A stretch of 64,000 nt of DNA from NCBI RefSeq assembly GCF_057098645.1, contig NZ_CM169472.1. One strand, written 5' to 3'. The notes under the pieces were generated by a model. It was not told the DNA's origin. It searched no databases and saw only the letters and a list, made by a program, of their open reading frames with translations. Both the position numbers and the translations under genes were made by a program. Shown here piece after piece: positions 47,605 through 57,264 of this stretch (its first letter is position 1; each line of letters starts with the position of its first letter).

Positions 47605-47636
47605 CTAAGGCTATCCCTTTTTGCTGATAGCCTTAG
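47605..47636 (+). promoter_or_regulatory. perfect 11-bp stem-loop in the corA 5' leader (candidate attenuator structure)
   Basis: ctaaggctatc-cctttttgct-gatagccttag; a second hairpin lies at about 47583-47598. Confidence 0.45.
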
Positions 47637-47759
47637 CGGTTGTCAGCGACCTCAATTTTTCCCGTCGCGCTGAGTCAGGCTGTTTAATGGTCTGAAACCC
47701 AATTTGTTTCTGTGTGCCCACCGAACTGTCCGATATTTTAAGCATTGGGAGTCCCGGTC

Positions 47760-48710
47760 ATGCTGAGCGCATTTCAACTGGAAAATAACCGACTGACCCG
47801 GCTGGAAGTCGAAGAGTCACAACCCCTTGTAAATGCAGTATGGATTGATCTTGTCGAACCGGACGACGACGAGCGACTGCGCGTACAATCTGAACTTGGC
47901 CAGAGCCTGGCAACCCGCCCGGAACTGGAAGACATCGAAGCATCGGCACGTTTCTTTGAAGACGACGACGGCCTGCATATTCACTCCTTCTTCTTCTTTG
48001 AAGATGCGGAAGATCACGCCGGTAACTCCACTGTGGCATTTACCATCCGTGATGGTCGTCTGTTTACTCTGCGTGAGCGTGAACTGCCCGCTTTTCGTCT
48101 GTATCGTATGCGTGCCCGTAGCCAGTCGATGGTAGACGGTAACGCCTACGAGTTGCTGCTGGATTTGTTCGAAACCAAAATCGAACAGTTGGCAGATGAA
48201 ATTGAAAATATCTATAGCGACCTGGAGCAATTGAGCCGGGTGATTATGGAAGGGCATCAGGGCGATGAGTACGACGAGGCGCTCTCCACTCTGGCGGAAC
48301 TGGAAGATATCGGCTGGAAAGTTCGCCTGTGTCTGATGGATACCCAGCGCGCTCTCAACTTCCTGGTACGTAAAGCACGCTTACCGGGTGGGCAACTGGA
48401 GCAGGCGCGTGAAATCCTGCGAGATATCGAATCCCTGCTGCCGCATAACGAATCCCTGTTCCAGAAGGTGAACTTCCTGATGCAGGCGGCAATGGGTTTT
48501 ATCAACATCGAGCAGAACCGCATCATCAAAATTTTCTCGGTGGTATCCGTCGTGTTCCTGCCGCCAACGCTGGTTGCTTCCAGCTACGGGATGAACTTTG
48601 AGTTTATGCCAGAACTGAAGTGGAGTTTCGGCTACCCAGGCGCGATTATCTTTATGATCCTCGCGGGCCTGGCACCGTATCTGTACTTTAAGCGGAAGAA
48701 CTGGTTGTAA
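47760..48710 (+). CDS. corA: magnesium/cobalt transport protein CorA
   Basis: 316-aa product [31 protein letters not shown]... ending ...[41 protein letters not shown] (GMN motif). Confidence 0.96.
   Translation: MLSAFQLENNRLTRLEVEESQPLVNAVWIDLVEPDDDERLRVQSELGQSLATRPELEDIEASARFFEDDDGLHIHSFFFFEDAEDHAGNSTVAFTIRDGRLFTLRERELPAFRLYRMRARSQSMVDGNAYELLLDLFETKIEQLADEIENIYSDLEQLSRVIMEGHQGDEYDEALSTLAELEDIGWKVRLCLMDTQRALNFLVRKARLPGGQLEQAREILRDIESLLPHNESLFQKVNFLMQAAMGFINIEQNRIIKIFSVVSVVFLPPTLVASSYGMNFEFMPELKWSFGYPGAIIFMILAGLAPYLYFKRKNWL
48574..48710 (+). repeat. direct repeat copy 1: corA 3' terminus (about 94-95% identical to 50277-50413)
   Basis: base-by-base alignment of the two stretches shows the same length, no indels and a handful of substitutions. 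Confidence 0.85.
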
Positions 48711-48717
48711 TATGAGT

Positions 48718-48745
48718 GCCGGATAAAGCTATTTTTTTATCCGGC
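48718..48745. terminator. hairpin terminator after corA, shared with the convergent islet gene
   Basis: gccggataaa-gctatttt-tttatccggc followed by a T-rich tract. Confidence 0.7.
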
Positions 48746-48751
48746 TTATTT

Positions 48752-49243
48752 CTAAAAATTGTCTTTTTTAAAGTCATGCGGATTGAAAACTCGCTCTATT
48801 TTATTTTCTTGTGTTAATTGATACTCAGTAAAATCGTTAATACCAATATGAGTGTTACGATAAGGGTATTCATTAATAACCATTAAGTAATTTTTCACGA
48901 TGCAATTATCATTGCTCTTAATTGTCGGGAAACAGTAGAGATCTTCATACGGCCCTTCGATATATTTTTTATAGTCAGTGAAGCCATTACCGATATCAAT
49001 GACATACCAGATATGCCAACTACCTTCTGGTAGGGGATGTTGATTTTTAATTTCATTCTGATGCTTCAGATACCAATTTATTTTATCGCTGTCAGTCCAT
49101 GGCAGATGATCAACGACCAGAAAGACTGAATTGCCAGCATCAGAGTATGTATACAAAATCTGTACAGGACGCAATGTCCATAAATTATAGATACAGCATA
49201 GAAGAAATAAACATAATATAATTTTCTGGCGTTTGCTTTTCAT
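48752..49243 (-). CDS. hypothetical membrane-anchored protein (N-terminal TM helix, extracytoplasmic domain); candidate partner of the upstream gene
   Basis: 163-aa ORF MKSKRQKIILCLFLLCCIYNLWTL...; very AT-rich codon usage; starts 27 bp after the upstream gene's stop. Confidence 0.6.
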   Translation of the reverse strand: MKSKRQKIILCLFLLCCIYNLWTLRPVQILYTYSDAGNSVFLVVDHLPWTDSDKINWYLKHQNEIKNQHPLPEGSWHIWYVIDIGNGFTDYKKYIEGPYEDLYCFPTIKSNDNCIVKNYLMVINEYPYRNTHIGINDFTEYQLTQENKIERVFNPHDFKKDNF

Positions 49244-49270
49244 AGATAATTTTCGATTCTTTCGATAGTG

Positions 49271-50084
49271 TTAAAATTGGTGAAAAAAGGTTTGAAAGCA
49301 AAGCCTTTATGCCGTTGTAAAAAGAACCATATGCGAAAAAATCTATATTTGCTGTAAGTCTTGTTTTTGATATCAGTTACATCAAGACCGAAGTGGTCCT
49401 GTGCTACAAAATGAATTGTCGCACTCCACCCTATAGCGTATTTTTGAAAGCTTAAAAGAGATATTTTTTGAGCTGAAATATCATGAACACTGATTCCTAA
49501 GCCATTAAAACTGTCCTCGAAGTCATTAAATTTATTTAGTCTTGATGAAAGTAATTTGGTTTTAATGCTTTGCAGGATAAGAGGTTGGTATCCTGTCGAG
49601 GGAGTTGAATTAATGCCATTTTCGATACATTCTTTGATTATTCGTATTGGACTATTATAACCATATTTATTTTTTCATGAAAAGATAAATTTAATTGTTG
49701 GCTATGAAAATTGCTGCCATTTCCATATCTAAAATGTTCAATCAGATCTTCGATAAGTGTTTTATATTGTCCAAAAAAGGAAAAAATTTTTGCTAGTTCT
49801 TTCATTTCTGCAAATAAAATATCAGTGCATTCACGTTGTGATATTTTTGTTCCGGAACTTGAGGCACTAAAAGCAACATTAATAGAACCTGGGCCAGGGA
49901 AATGGTATTTAATAAGTCTGTAAGGATCAACTTTTGCTGAGATATCGCTTAGGCCGAGTGAGAGAAAATCTTGTTCTACCATATCACCATATTGCATATC
50001 ATCAGCAGAATAATCATCAAATAAACTAATAGTTTCGAAAAGTGTACAGGGAATATTAATTGATGGAAGTAATGTGTTATTCAT
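49271..50084 (-). pseudogene. hypothetical protein of about 270 aa interrupted by a -1 frameshift at an A6 run (148-aa N-terminal ORF plus about 125 in-frame codons lacking any start codon)
   Basis: ORF 49638-50084 ends ...SFHEKINMVIIVQYE*; the next frame stays open from the overlap catgAAAAAAtaaatatgg down to the stop at 49271 and contains no ATG/GTG/TTG. Confidence 0.6.
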
Positions 50085-50209
50085 TTACATTTTCCTTGGT
50101 TATATTTAAGCTCAATATCAATTTGAGAACAAATGCTAGGGTAAAAAAAATTTAAAAAAGAAGTACACTTCACATTTTTATTACATTCCGAAGGGAATCT
50201 CGTTATTGA

Positions 50210-50413
50210 TTGGTTTTGCCCATTGTTAATAACAATATGTTGAATTTACCGATTAGGAAACTTTTTCCTACGCGGATTGCCTCCAGCTATGGGATGAACT
50301 TTGAGTTTATGCCAGAACTGAAGTGGAGTTTCGGCTACCCTGGCGCGATTATCTTTATGATCCTCGCGGGCCTGGCACCGCATCTGTACTTTAAGCGTAA
50401 GAACTGGCTGTAA
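50210..50413 (+). pseudogene. displaced corA 3' fragment (last ~46 codons, [11 protein letters not shown] end); not an independent gene
   Basis: 67-aa ORF whose C-terminal 45 residues equal the CorA C-terminus with one Y to H change; no corA N-terminal region upstream. Confidence 0.8.
50277..50413 (+). repeat. direct repeat copy 2 of the corA 3' terminus
   Basis: offset of exactly 1703 bp from copy 1. Confidence 0.85.
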
Positions 50414-50419
50414 CTATAC

Positions 50420-50462
50420 GATGTCGCTGTGAGTAAGTTAGTGTGCTGACAGCGACATTTTA
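50420..50462. terminator. hairpin terminator after the displaced corA 3' end, shared with the convergent DUF805 gene
   Basis: gatgtcgctgt...acagcgacat inverted repeat followed by tttag. Confidence 0.6.
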
Positions 50463-50824
50463 GCCGAGGGAATCGCAGATAACATAATTGTTGTGAATAA
50501 TATCCATGCCACGTTGAGTTGGACGCTTAATGACTCACATCTCACCCCTTCAATTGCTGCAGAGATAATAGAAAAAAGTGTTAAACCCAATGAAATCAAT
50601 ACAAAGTAGATTGCCTTACATCCAGTATCTCTTATTCTTTTTGCTCCAATATTGATATTTACATAGGTATTATTAATAACCAGAATAAAACTCAAAGCCA
50701 GGTTGATATCATTCAAAGTTATTAATATTGACCATGATGTTAATGTATAGATTATGAACTGAAAGCGTGATAAACGCTCAAGCCTGGATGGGTAGAATAT
50801 ATTTCTGATGGATGATTTGAACAT
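50438..50824 (-). CDS. DUF805-family small inner-membrane protein (yigF-like position)
   Basis: 128-aa ORF with 3-4 TM segments and a KRIRDTG motif resembling the DUF805 RRxHD signature; AT-rich. Confidence 0.6.
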   Translation of the reverse strand: MFKSSIRNIFYPSRLERLSRFQFIIYTLTSWSILITLNDINLALSFILVINNTYVNINIGAKRIRDTGCKAIYFVLISLGLTLFSIISAAIEGVRCESLSVQLNVAWILFTTIMLSAIPSAKMSLSAH

Positions 50825-50883
50825 TTTTTACATTGTTTTATATATATAATTGTTTTGAATATATATTACCTGAATTATGTGGT

Positions 50884-50901
50884 TTGCATATATATATGCA
50901 A
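50884..50901. promoter_or_regulatory. perfect 18-bp palindrome in the AT-rich divergent promoter region
   Basis: TTGCATATATATATGCAA reads identically on both strands. Confidence 0.5.
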
Positions 50902-51063
50902 TATAGCAGTCTTTGCATTGATAACTACACAGTAGTAATTTAGAGTGTGTAAGTTTTTATTGATAGGGTATATTTTAATTAAATATAATTGGAATGTATT
51001 TTTATTCTATAAACAATATATTGGGTGAATGGATTCTATATGGGAAATGGTAACTTTTGGTAG

Positions 51064-51339
51064 TTGTTCTTGGGTAAAGAACCTTACAGCAAAAAATCTG
51101 ATTTTGTTAAGGCATGGTTATTGTGGTGGGCTATTACCATCCTTGTTCTATTTATTTTAAGCCTGACTACGACATTAAATTTAAGAAGTATAGGTATAGG
51201 GTTAAGTTTTGGGTTTTGTCAAATCCTTGGTAGATATACGATGTCTCTAGGATGGAGTAAGTACTGGGGAGTTTTGGGGGTATTTCCTGTAACAAATATT
51301 GTTCTTTTTCTTATCTTAATTTTTTTCAAAAAAAGATAA
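51064..51339 (+). CDS. small hydrophobic inner-membrane protein (yigG-like position), TTG start
   Basis: 91-aa ORF with two or three TM segments, convergent with rarD and sharing a hairpin. Confidence 0.5.
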   Translation: MFLGKEPYSKKSDFVKAWLLWWAITILVLFILSLTTTLNLRSIGIGLSFGFCQILGRYTMSLGWSKYWGVLGVFPVTNIVLFLILIFFKKR

Positions 51340-51348
51340 ATAAGTCAG

Positions 51349-51376
51349 TGGGTAGGCTCTTTAAACGGCCTACCCA
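51349..51376. terminator. bidirectional hairpin between the small membrane gene and rarD
   Basis: gggtaggc-tctttaaacg-gcctaccc. Confidence 0.65.
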
Positions 51377-51385
51377 TGTTAATTC

Positions 51386-52273
51386 TTAACTTTTTCTACG
51401 CTGCGTATAAATCGCATCCATCACAAAAATTGCCAGCGCCACCCAAATAAAGGCGAAAGTCACCATCTTATCGGCACCCGGTTTTTCACCATAAAACGTC
51501 ACAGCCAGCAGGAACATCAGCGTCGGGCCAATGTACTGGAAAAAGCCTAACGTTGAGAGACGCAAGCGCGTGGCAGCGGCAGTAAAACACAACAGCGGTA
51601 CGGTAGTGACAATACCGGCGGCGATCAGCAGTAAATTCAGCGACATCGGGTTTTGCCCCATATGGCTGGTTGAGCTGTCGGCAATAGCAAACAGGTAAAT
51701 CGCCGCCACGGGCAGCAGCCACATGGTTTCAATTAACATGCCGGTTTGTGCTTCTACCGCAATCTTCTTGCGCACCAGGCCGTAGAAGGCAAAACTAAAT
51801 GCCAGCCCCAGCGCGATAATAGGTAGCGAACCAAAAGTCCACAGCTGGACCAACACGCCACATATCGCCAGAATCACCGCCAGCCATTGCATCCGGCGGA
51901 ATCGCTCGCCGAGGAAAATCATCCCCAGCACAATGTTCACCAGCGGGTTAATAAAGTAACCAAGGCTCGCTTCCAGCATATGGTGATTGTTCACAGCCCA
52001 GATAAACAGTAGCCAGTTGCCACCAATCAGCACGGCAGAGACTGCCAGCATAAAAATTTTCTGTGGCGTCTGAATCAGCGTTTTTAAATAGGACCACTGG
52101 CGGCAAATGCTCATCAGCACCACCATAAAGAAAAACGACCAGATCACGCGATGCGTCAGGATTTCATCGGCGGGCACGTAGTAAATCAACTTGAAGTACG
52201 CTGGGGCTATACCCCAAATAAAATAAGCGGCAAGAGCGAGTAATACGCCCTGCCGCGTTTGTTTTGCATCCAT
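51386..52273 (-). CDS. rarD: EamA/DMT-family transporter RarD
   Basis: 295-aa 10-TM protein MDAKQTRQGVLLALAAYFIWGIAPAYFKLIYYVPADEILTHRV... Confidence 0.92.
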   Translation of the reverse strand: MDAKQTRQGVLLALAAYFIWGIAPAYFKLIYYVPADEILTHRVIWSFFFMVVLMSICRQWSYLKTLIQTPQKIFMLAVSAVLIGGNWLLFIWAVNNHHMLEASLGYFINPLVNIVLGMIFLGERFRRMQWLAVILAICGVLVQLWTFGSLPIIALGLAFSFAFYGLVRKKIAVEAQTGMLIETMWLLPVAAIYLFAIADSSTSHMGQNPMSLNLLLIAAGIVTTVPLLCFTAAATRLRLSTLGFFQYIGPTLMFLLAVTFYGEKPGADKMVTFAFIWVALAIFVMDAIYTQRRKS

Positions 52274-52324
52274 CGGGAATACTCATTTTTAATTGGTAAC
52301 AGCAGTTTACCTGCTTTTATGTCT

Positions 52325-52792
52325 TCAACCTACCATATAGGTGGCGGTGGCACTGGCAATATAAAGCTGTTCTTCATTGTGTAATTCAACGCGGGCGACG
52401 GCGACTTTATTGCCTGCACGCAACAGGCTACTGGTTGCAGTAAAACGCTCGCCCCTGCCTGGGCGCAGATAATCAACGCGAAGATCAATGGTCCCCATCC
52501 GCGATAGCCGCTGGCGTAGTTCATCTTCACTGATGGTTTCGTGGCGGGTTAAGGTACTTCCCACGCACACCAGACCTGCGGCGACATCCAGCGCCGACGC
52601 AATGACCCCGCCGTGCAAAATGCTTTGCGCCCAGTTACCCACCATCATCGGCTGATTTTTAAAGGCCAGCTGTGCGAACTCTTTTTCGTAACGCTCCAGT
52701 TCCATCCCCAATGCGCGGTTAAATGGCATGTGATAAACAAACATCTCACCCACTAATTTCAGGGCTTGTTCAGCGGTCAGTACGGCAGACAT
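52325..52792 (-). CDS. yigI: hotdog-fold (PaaI-type) thioesterase
   Basis: 155-aa product from the internal ATG ([32 protein letters not shown]...). Confidence 0.88.
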   Translation of the reverse strand: MSAVLTAEQALKLVGEMFVYHMPFNRALGMELERYEKEFAQLAFKNQPMMVGNWAQSILHGGVIASALDVAAGLVCVGSTLTRHETISEDELRQRLSRMGTIDLRVDYLRPGRGERFTATSSLLRAGNKVAVARVELHNEEQLYIASATATYMVG

Positions 52793-52956
52793 ATCATCCT
52801 TACACTTCATTGGTTAATGAAATGTTGATTTTATGCTTCTTTGTTGTTGGTTTCTACTTTAGGAAGGGATAACTAACGGCAATGGAGTTAAGTATGTAAA
52901 ATAGCCCGCAGAAAAACATTCACCTTATCAATAATTCGTTACGGAGAACACGACCG

Positions 52957-53826
52957 ATGCGGACTCTGCAGGGCTGGTTGTTGCCGGTGTTTATGTTGCC
53001 TATGGCAGTATATGCACAAGAGGCAACGGTGAAAGAGGTGCATGACGCGCCAGCGGTGCGTGGCAGTATTATCGCCAATATGCTGCAGGAGCATGACAAT
53101 CCGTTCACGCTCTATCCTTATGACACCAACTACCTCATCTACACCCAAACCAGCGATCTGAATAAAGAAGCGATTGCCAGTTACGACTGGGCGGAAAATG
53201 CGCGTAAGGATGAAGTAAAGTTTCAGTTGAGCCTGGCATTTCCGCTGTGGCGTGGGATTTTAGGCCCGAACTCGGTGTTGGGTGCGTCTTATACGCAAAA
53301 ATCCTGGTGGCAACTGTCCAATAGCGAAGAGTCTTCACCGTTTCGTGAAACCAACTACGAACCGCAATTGTTCCTCGGTTTTGCCACCGATTACCGTTTT
53401 GCAGGTTGGACGCTGCGCGATGTGGAGATGGGGTATAACCATGACTCTAACGGGCGTTCAGACCCGACCTCCCGCAGCTGGAACCGCCTTTATACTCGCC
53501 TGATGGCAGAAAACGGTAACTGGCTGGTAGAAGTGAAGCCGTGGTATGTAGTGGGTAATACTGACGATAACCCGGATATCACCAAATATATGGGTTACTA
53601 CCAGCTTAAAATCGGCTATCACCTCGGTGATGCGGTGCTCAGTGCGAAAGGACAGTACAACTGGAACACCGGCTACGGCGGCGCGGAATTAGGCTTAAGT
53701 TACCCGATCACCAAACATGTGCGCCTTTATACTCAGGTTTACAGCGGCTATGGCGAATCGCTCATCGACTATAACTTCAACCAGACCCGTGTCGGTGTGG
53801 GGGTTATGCTAAACGATTTGTTTTGA
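52957..53826 (+). CDS. pldA: outer-membrane phospholipase A
   Basis: 289-aa ORF with signal peptide and the conserved YTQ...HDSNG catalytic region. Confidence 0.95.
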   Translation: MRTLQGWLLPVFMLPMAVYAQEATVKEVHDAPAVRGSIIANMLQEHDNPFTLYPYDTNYLIYTQTSDLNKEAIASYDWAENARKDEVKFQLSLAFPLWRGILGPNSVLGASYTQKSWWQLSNSEESSPFRETNYEPQLFLGFATDYRFAGWTLRDVEMGYNHDSNGRSDPTSRSWNRLYTRLMAENGNWLVEVKPWYVVGNTDDNPDITKYMGYYQLKIGYHLGDAVLSAKGQYNWNTGYGGAELGLSYPITKHVRLYTQVYSGYGESLIDYNFNQTRVGVGVMLNDLF

Positions 53827-53906
53827 TGAACGGTTGAGTGGTTGGCAAATCTGGAATCCAGCATCCAGGATTACCCTCTCAGAGACTAAAAGCATTGCAG
53901 TTTCTC

Positions 53907-53937
53907 GCGCAGGCGCTGAAAATAGCGCCTGTTTTTA
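53907..53937 (+). terminator. intrinsic terminator after pldA
   Basis: aggcgct-gaaaat-agcgcct followed by gttttta. Confidence 0.7.
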
Positions 53938-53958
53938 TTTCAGGCAATCGGGGTGAAT

Positions 53959-55788
53959 GTGGCGCAGGCGGAAGTGTTGAATCTGGAGTCCGGAGCTAAA
54001 CAGGTTTTACAAGAAACCTTTGGCTACCAACAGTTTCGCCCCGGCCAGGAAGAAATTATCGACACTGTGCTTTCCGGTCGCGATTGCCTGGTCGTCATGC
54101 CCACCGGTGGCGGAAAATCCCTTTGCTATCAAATTCCTGCCTTATTGCTAAACGGCCTTACCGTGGTTGTTTCACCGCTGATTTCGTTGATGAAAGATCA
54201 GGTGGATCAACTGCAAGCCAACGGCGTGGCGGCGGCGTGCCTTAACTCGACGCAAACCCGCGAACAGCAACTTGAAGTGATGACAGGCTGCCGCACCGGG
54301 CAAATTCGTCTGCTTTATATCGCCCCGGAACGCCTGATGCTGGATAACTTTCTTGAGCATCTGGCGCACTGGAATCCGGTGTTATTAGCCGTTGATGAAG
54401 CGCACTGTATCTCCCAATGGGGCCACGATTTCCGCCCGGAATATGCCGCGCTCGGTCAGTTGCGCCAGCGGTTCCCGACGCTGCCATTTATGGCGCTGAC
54501 CGCCACAGCCGACGACACCACGCGCCAGGATATCGTGCGCCTGCTGGGGCTGAACGATCCGCTGATTCAAATCAGCAGTTTTGACCGTCCGAATATTCGC
54601 TACATGCTGATGGAGAAATTCAAACCGCTCGATCAGTTGATGCGCTACGTGCAGGAACAGCGCGGTAAGTCCGGCATTATCTACTGCAACAGCCGGGCGA
54701 AAGTAGAAGACACCGCTGCGCGCCTGCAAAGCAAGGGTATTAGCGCGGCGGCCTATCATGCCGGGCTGGAAAATAATGTCCGCGCCGACGTGCAGGAGAA
54801 ATTCCAGCGCGATGACCTGCAAATTGTGGTGGCGACGGTGGCGTTCGGCATGGGCATCAATAAACCAAACGTTCGCTTCGTGGTCCACTTTGATATTCCG
54901 CGCAATATCGAATCCTATTATCAGGAAACCGGTCGCGCCGGGCGTGATGGCCTGCCTGCGGAAGCGATGCTGTTTTACGATCCGGCTGATATGGCGTGGC
55001 TGCGCCGTTGTCTGGAAGAGAAGCCGCAGGGGCAGTTGCAGGATATCGAGCGCCACAAACTCAATGCGATGGGCGCGTTTGCCGAAGCGCAAACTTGCCG
55101 TCGTCTGGTATTGCTGAACTATTTTGGCGAAGGGCGTCAGGAGCCGTGCGGGAACTGCGATATCTGCCTCGATCCGCCGAAACAGTACGACGGTTCAACC
55201 GATGCTCAGATTGCCCTTTCCACCATTGGACGTGTGAATCAGCGGTTTGGGATGGGTTATGTGGTGGAAGTGATTCGTGGTGCTAATAACCAGCGTATCC
55301 GCGACTATGGTCATGACAAACTGAAAGTCTATGGCATGGGCCGTGATAAAAGCCATGAACATTGGGTGAGCGTGATCCGCCAGCTGATTCACCTCGGCCT
55401 GGTGACGCAAAATATTGCCCAGCATTCTGCCCTACAACTGACAGAGGCCGCGCGCCCGGTGCTGCGCGGCGAATCCTCTTTGCAACTTGCCGTGCCGCGT
55501 ATCGTGGCGCTCAAACCGAAAGCGATGCAGAAATCGTTCGGCGGCAACTATGATCGCAAACTGTTCGCCAAATTACGCAAACTGCGTAAATCGATTGCCG
55601 ATGAAAGTAATGTCCCGCCGTACGTGGTGTTTAACGACGCAACCTTGATTGAGATGGCTGAACAGATGCCGATCACCGCCAGCGAAATGCTCAGCGTTAA
55701 CGGCGTTGGGATGCGCAAGCTGGAACGCTTTGGTAAACCGTTTATGGCGCTGATTCGTGCGCATGTCGATGGCGACGACGAAGAGTAG
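53959..55788 (+). CDS. recQ: ATP-dependent DNA helicase RecQ
   Basis: 609-aa product ([34 protein letters not shown]...), DEAH box, zinc-binding and HRDC regions. Confidence 0.95.
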
Positions 55789-55851
55789 TCAGCAGCATAA
55801 AAAAGTGCCAGGATGAAGACTCCGTAAACGTTTCCCCCGCGAGTCAAATGT

Positions 55852-56472
55852 ATGTTGATGTTATTTCTCACCGTCGCCATGGTGCACATTGTGGCGCTTA
55901 TGAGTCCCGGTCCCGATTTCTTTTTTGTCTCTCAGACCGCTGTCAGTCGTTCCCGTAAAGAAGCGATGATGGGCGTGCTGGGTATTACCTGCGGCGTTAT
56001 GGTTTGGGCAGGGATTGCGTTGCTTGGCCTGCATTTGATTATCGAAAAAATGGCCTGGCTGCATACGCTGATTATGGTTGGCGGTGGCCTGTATCTCTGC
56101 TGGATGGGTTACCAGATGCTGCGCGGCGCGCTGAAAAAAGAGGCGGTTTCTGCACCTGCGCCACAGGTCGAGCTGGCGAAAAGTGGGCGCAGTTTCCTGA
56201 AAGGTTTACTGACCAATCTCGCTAATCCGAAAGCGATTATCTACTTTGGCTCGGTGTTCTCATTGTTTGTCGGTGATAACGTTGGCACTACCGCGCGCTG
56301 GGGCATTTTTGCGCTGATCATTGTCGAAACACTGGCGTGGTTTACCGTCGTTGCCAGCCTGTTTGCCCTGCCGCAAATGCGCCGTGGTTATCAACGTCTG
56401 GCGAAGTGGATTGATGGTTTTGCCGGGGCGTTATTTGCCGGATTTGGCATTCATTTGATTATTTCGCGGTGA
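55852..56472 (+). CDS. rhtC: threonine efflux protein (LysE/RhtB family)
   Basis: 206-aa 6-TM ORF. Confidence 0.92.
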   Translation: MLMLFLTVAMVHIVALMSPGPDFFFVSQTAVSRSRKEAMMGVLGITCGVMVWAGIALLGLHLIIEKMAWLHTLIMVGGGLYLCWMGYQMLRGALKKEAVSAPAPQVELAKSGRSFLKGLLTNLANPKAIIYFGSVFSLFVGDNVGTTARWGIFALIIVETLAWFTVVASLFALPQMRRGYQRLAKWIDGFAGALFAGFGIHLIISR

Positions 56473-56495
56473 TGCCAGACGCGTCTTCAGAGTAA

Positions 56496-56527
56496 GTCGG
56501 ATAAGGCGTTTACGCCGCATCCGACAT
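56496..56527. repeat. REP element between convergent rhtC and rhtB
   Basis: gtcggataaggcgtttacgccgcatccgac. Confidence 0.75.
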
Positions 56528-56533
56528 TATTTT

Positions 56534-57154
56534 TCACGCATGCCTCGCCGATGCTAACAGTGCTCCCACCAGCATAAACAACGAGCCGAAAATCTTATTC
56601 AGCGCCTTCATCTGCTTTGGTCCTTTAATCCATAGAGCAATCCGTTGAGCAAGGGTGGCGTAACCGATCATCACAATAATATCGACCACAATAGTGGTGA
56701 CGCCGAGCACGATATACTGCATCAGTTGCGGCTGTTGCGGCATGATGAATTGCGGAAATAGCGCCGCCAGAAACACAATACTTTTGGGATTGGTGAGATT
56801 CACAAAAACTGCGCGCTGGAACAAATGTCGACGCGATTGAGTAGAGGCCAGCGATTTAAGATCAATTGCGCCAGCGGCGCGCCATTGCTGTATTCCCAGC
56901 CAAATCAAGTAAGCCGCGCCTGCCCACTTCAACACTTCAAACGCAATCACTGAGCGGGAAAATAGCGTCCCCAACCCCACGCCAACCAGCACAATATGAA
57001 TCGCCAGTCCGGTCTGAAGCCCAGCAATAGACGCCACCGCGCCGCGATAACCGTGGTTGAGCGAGGTGGTCATAGTGTTGATTGCACCAGAGCCTGGCGA
57101 CAGGCTTAAAATGATCGATGTCAGCAGGTAGGCAAACCACCATTCTAAGGTCAT
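56534..57154 (-). CDS. rhtB: homoserine/homoserine-lactone efflux protein (LysE/RhtB family)
   Basis: 206-aa 6-[35 protein letters not shown]... Confidence 0.92.
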
Positions 57155-57264
57155 GATGAACTCCCGGTGTGTCTATTTTTGTGCCACAATACGCTACTGT
57201 CGCAGCGTTGTGTCAGGCACGCTAAAAAAAACGATTTTACGTGGTTTAAGAGGCAGATTACCCG

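Noticed and set aside
48711-50276. Integrase or recombinase gene inside the corA islet
   Set aside because: I looked for one because of the att-like duplication, but the only ORFs are the 163-aa and frameshifted ~270-aa genes; neither has recombinase motifs.
50210-50413. 67-aa ORF as an independent gene
   Set aside because: Its C-terminal 45 residues are a near-copy of the CorA C-terminus; it is the displaced corA 3' fragment, listed as a pseudogene.
54385-55092. 235-aa antisense ORF within recQ
   Set aside because: Shadow ORF opposite a well-supported helicase gene.
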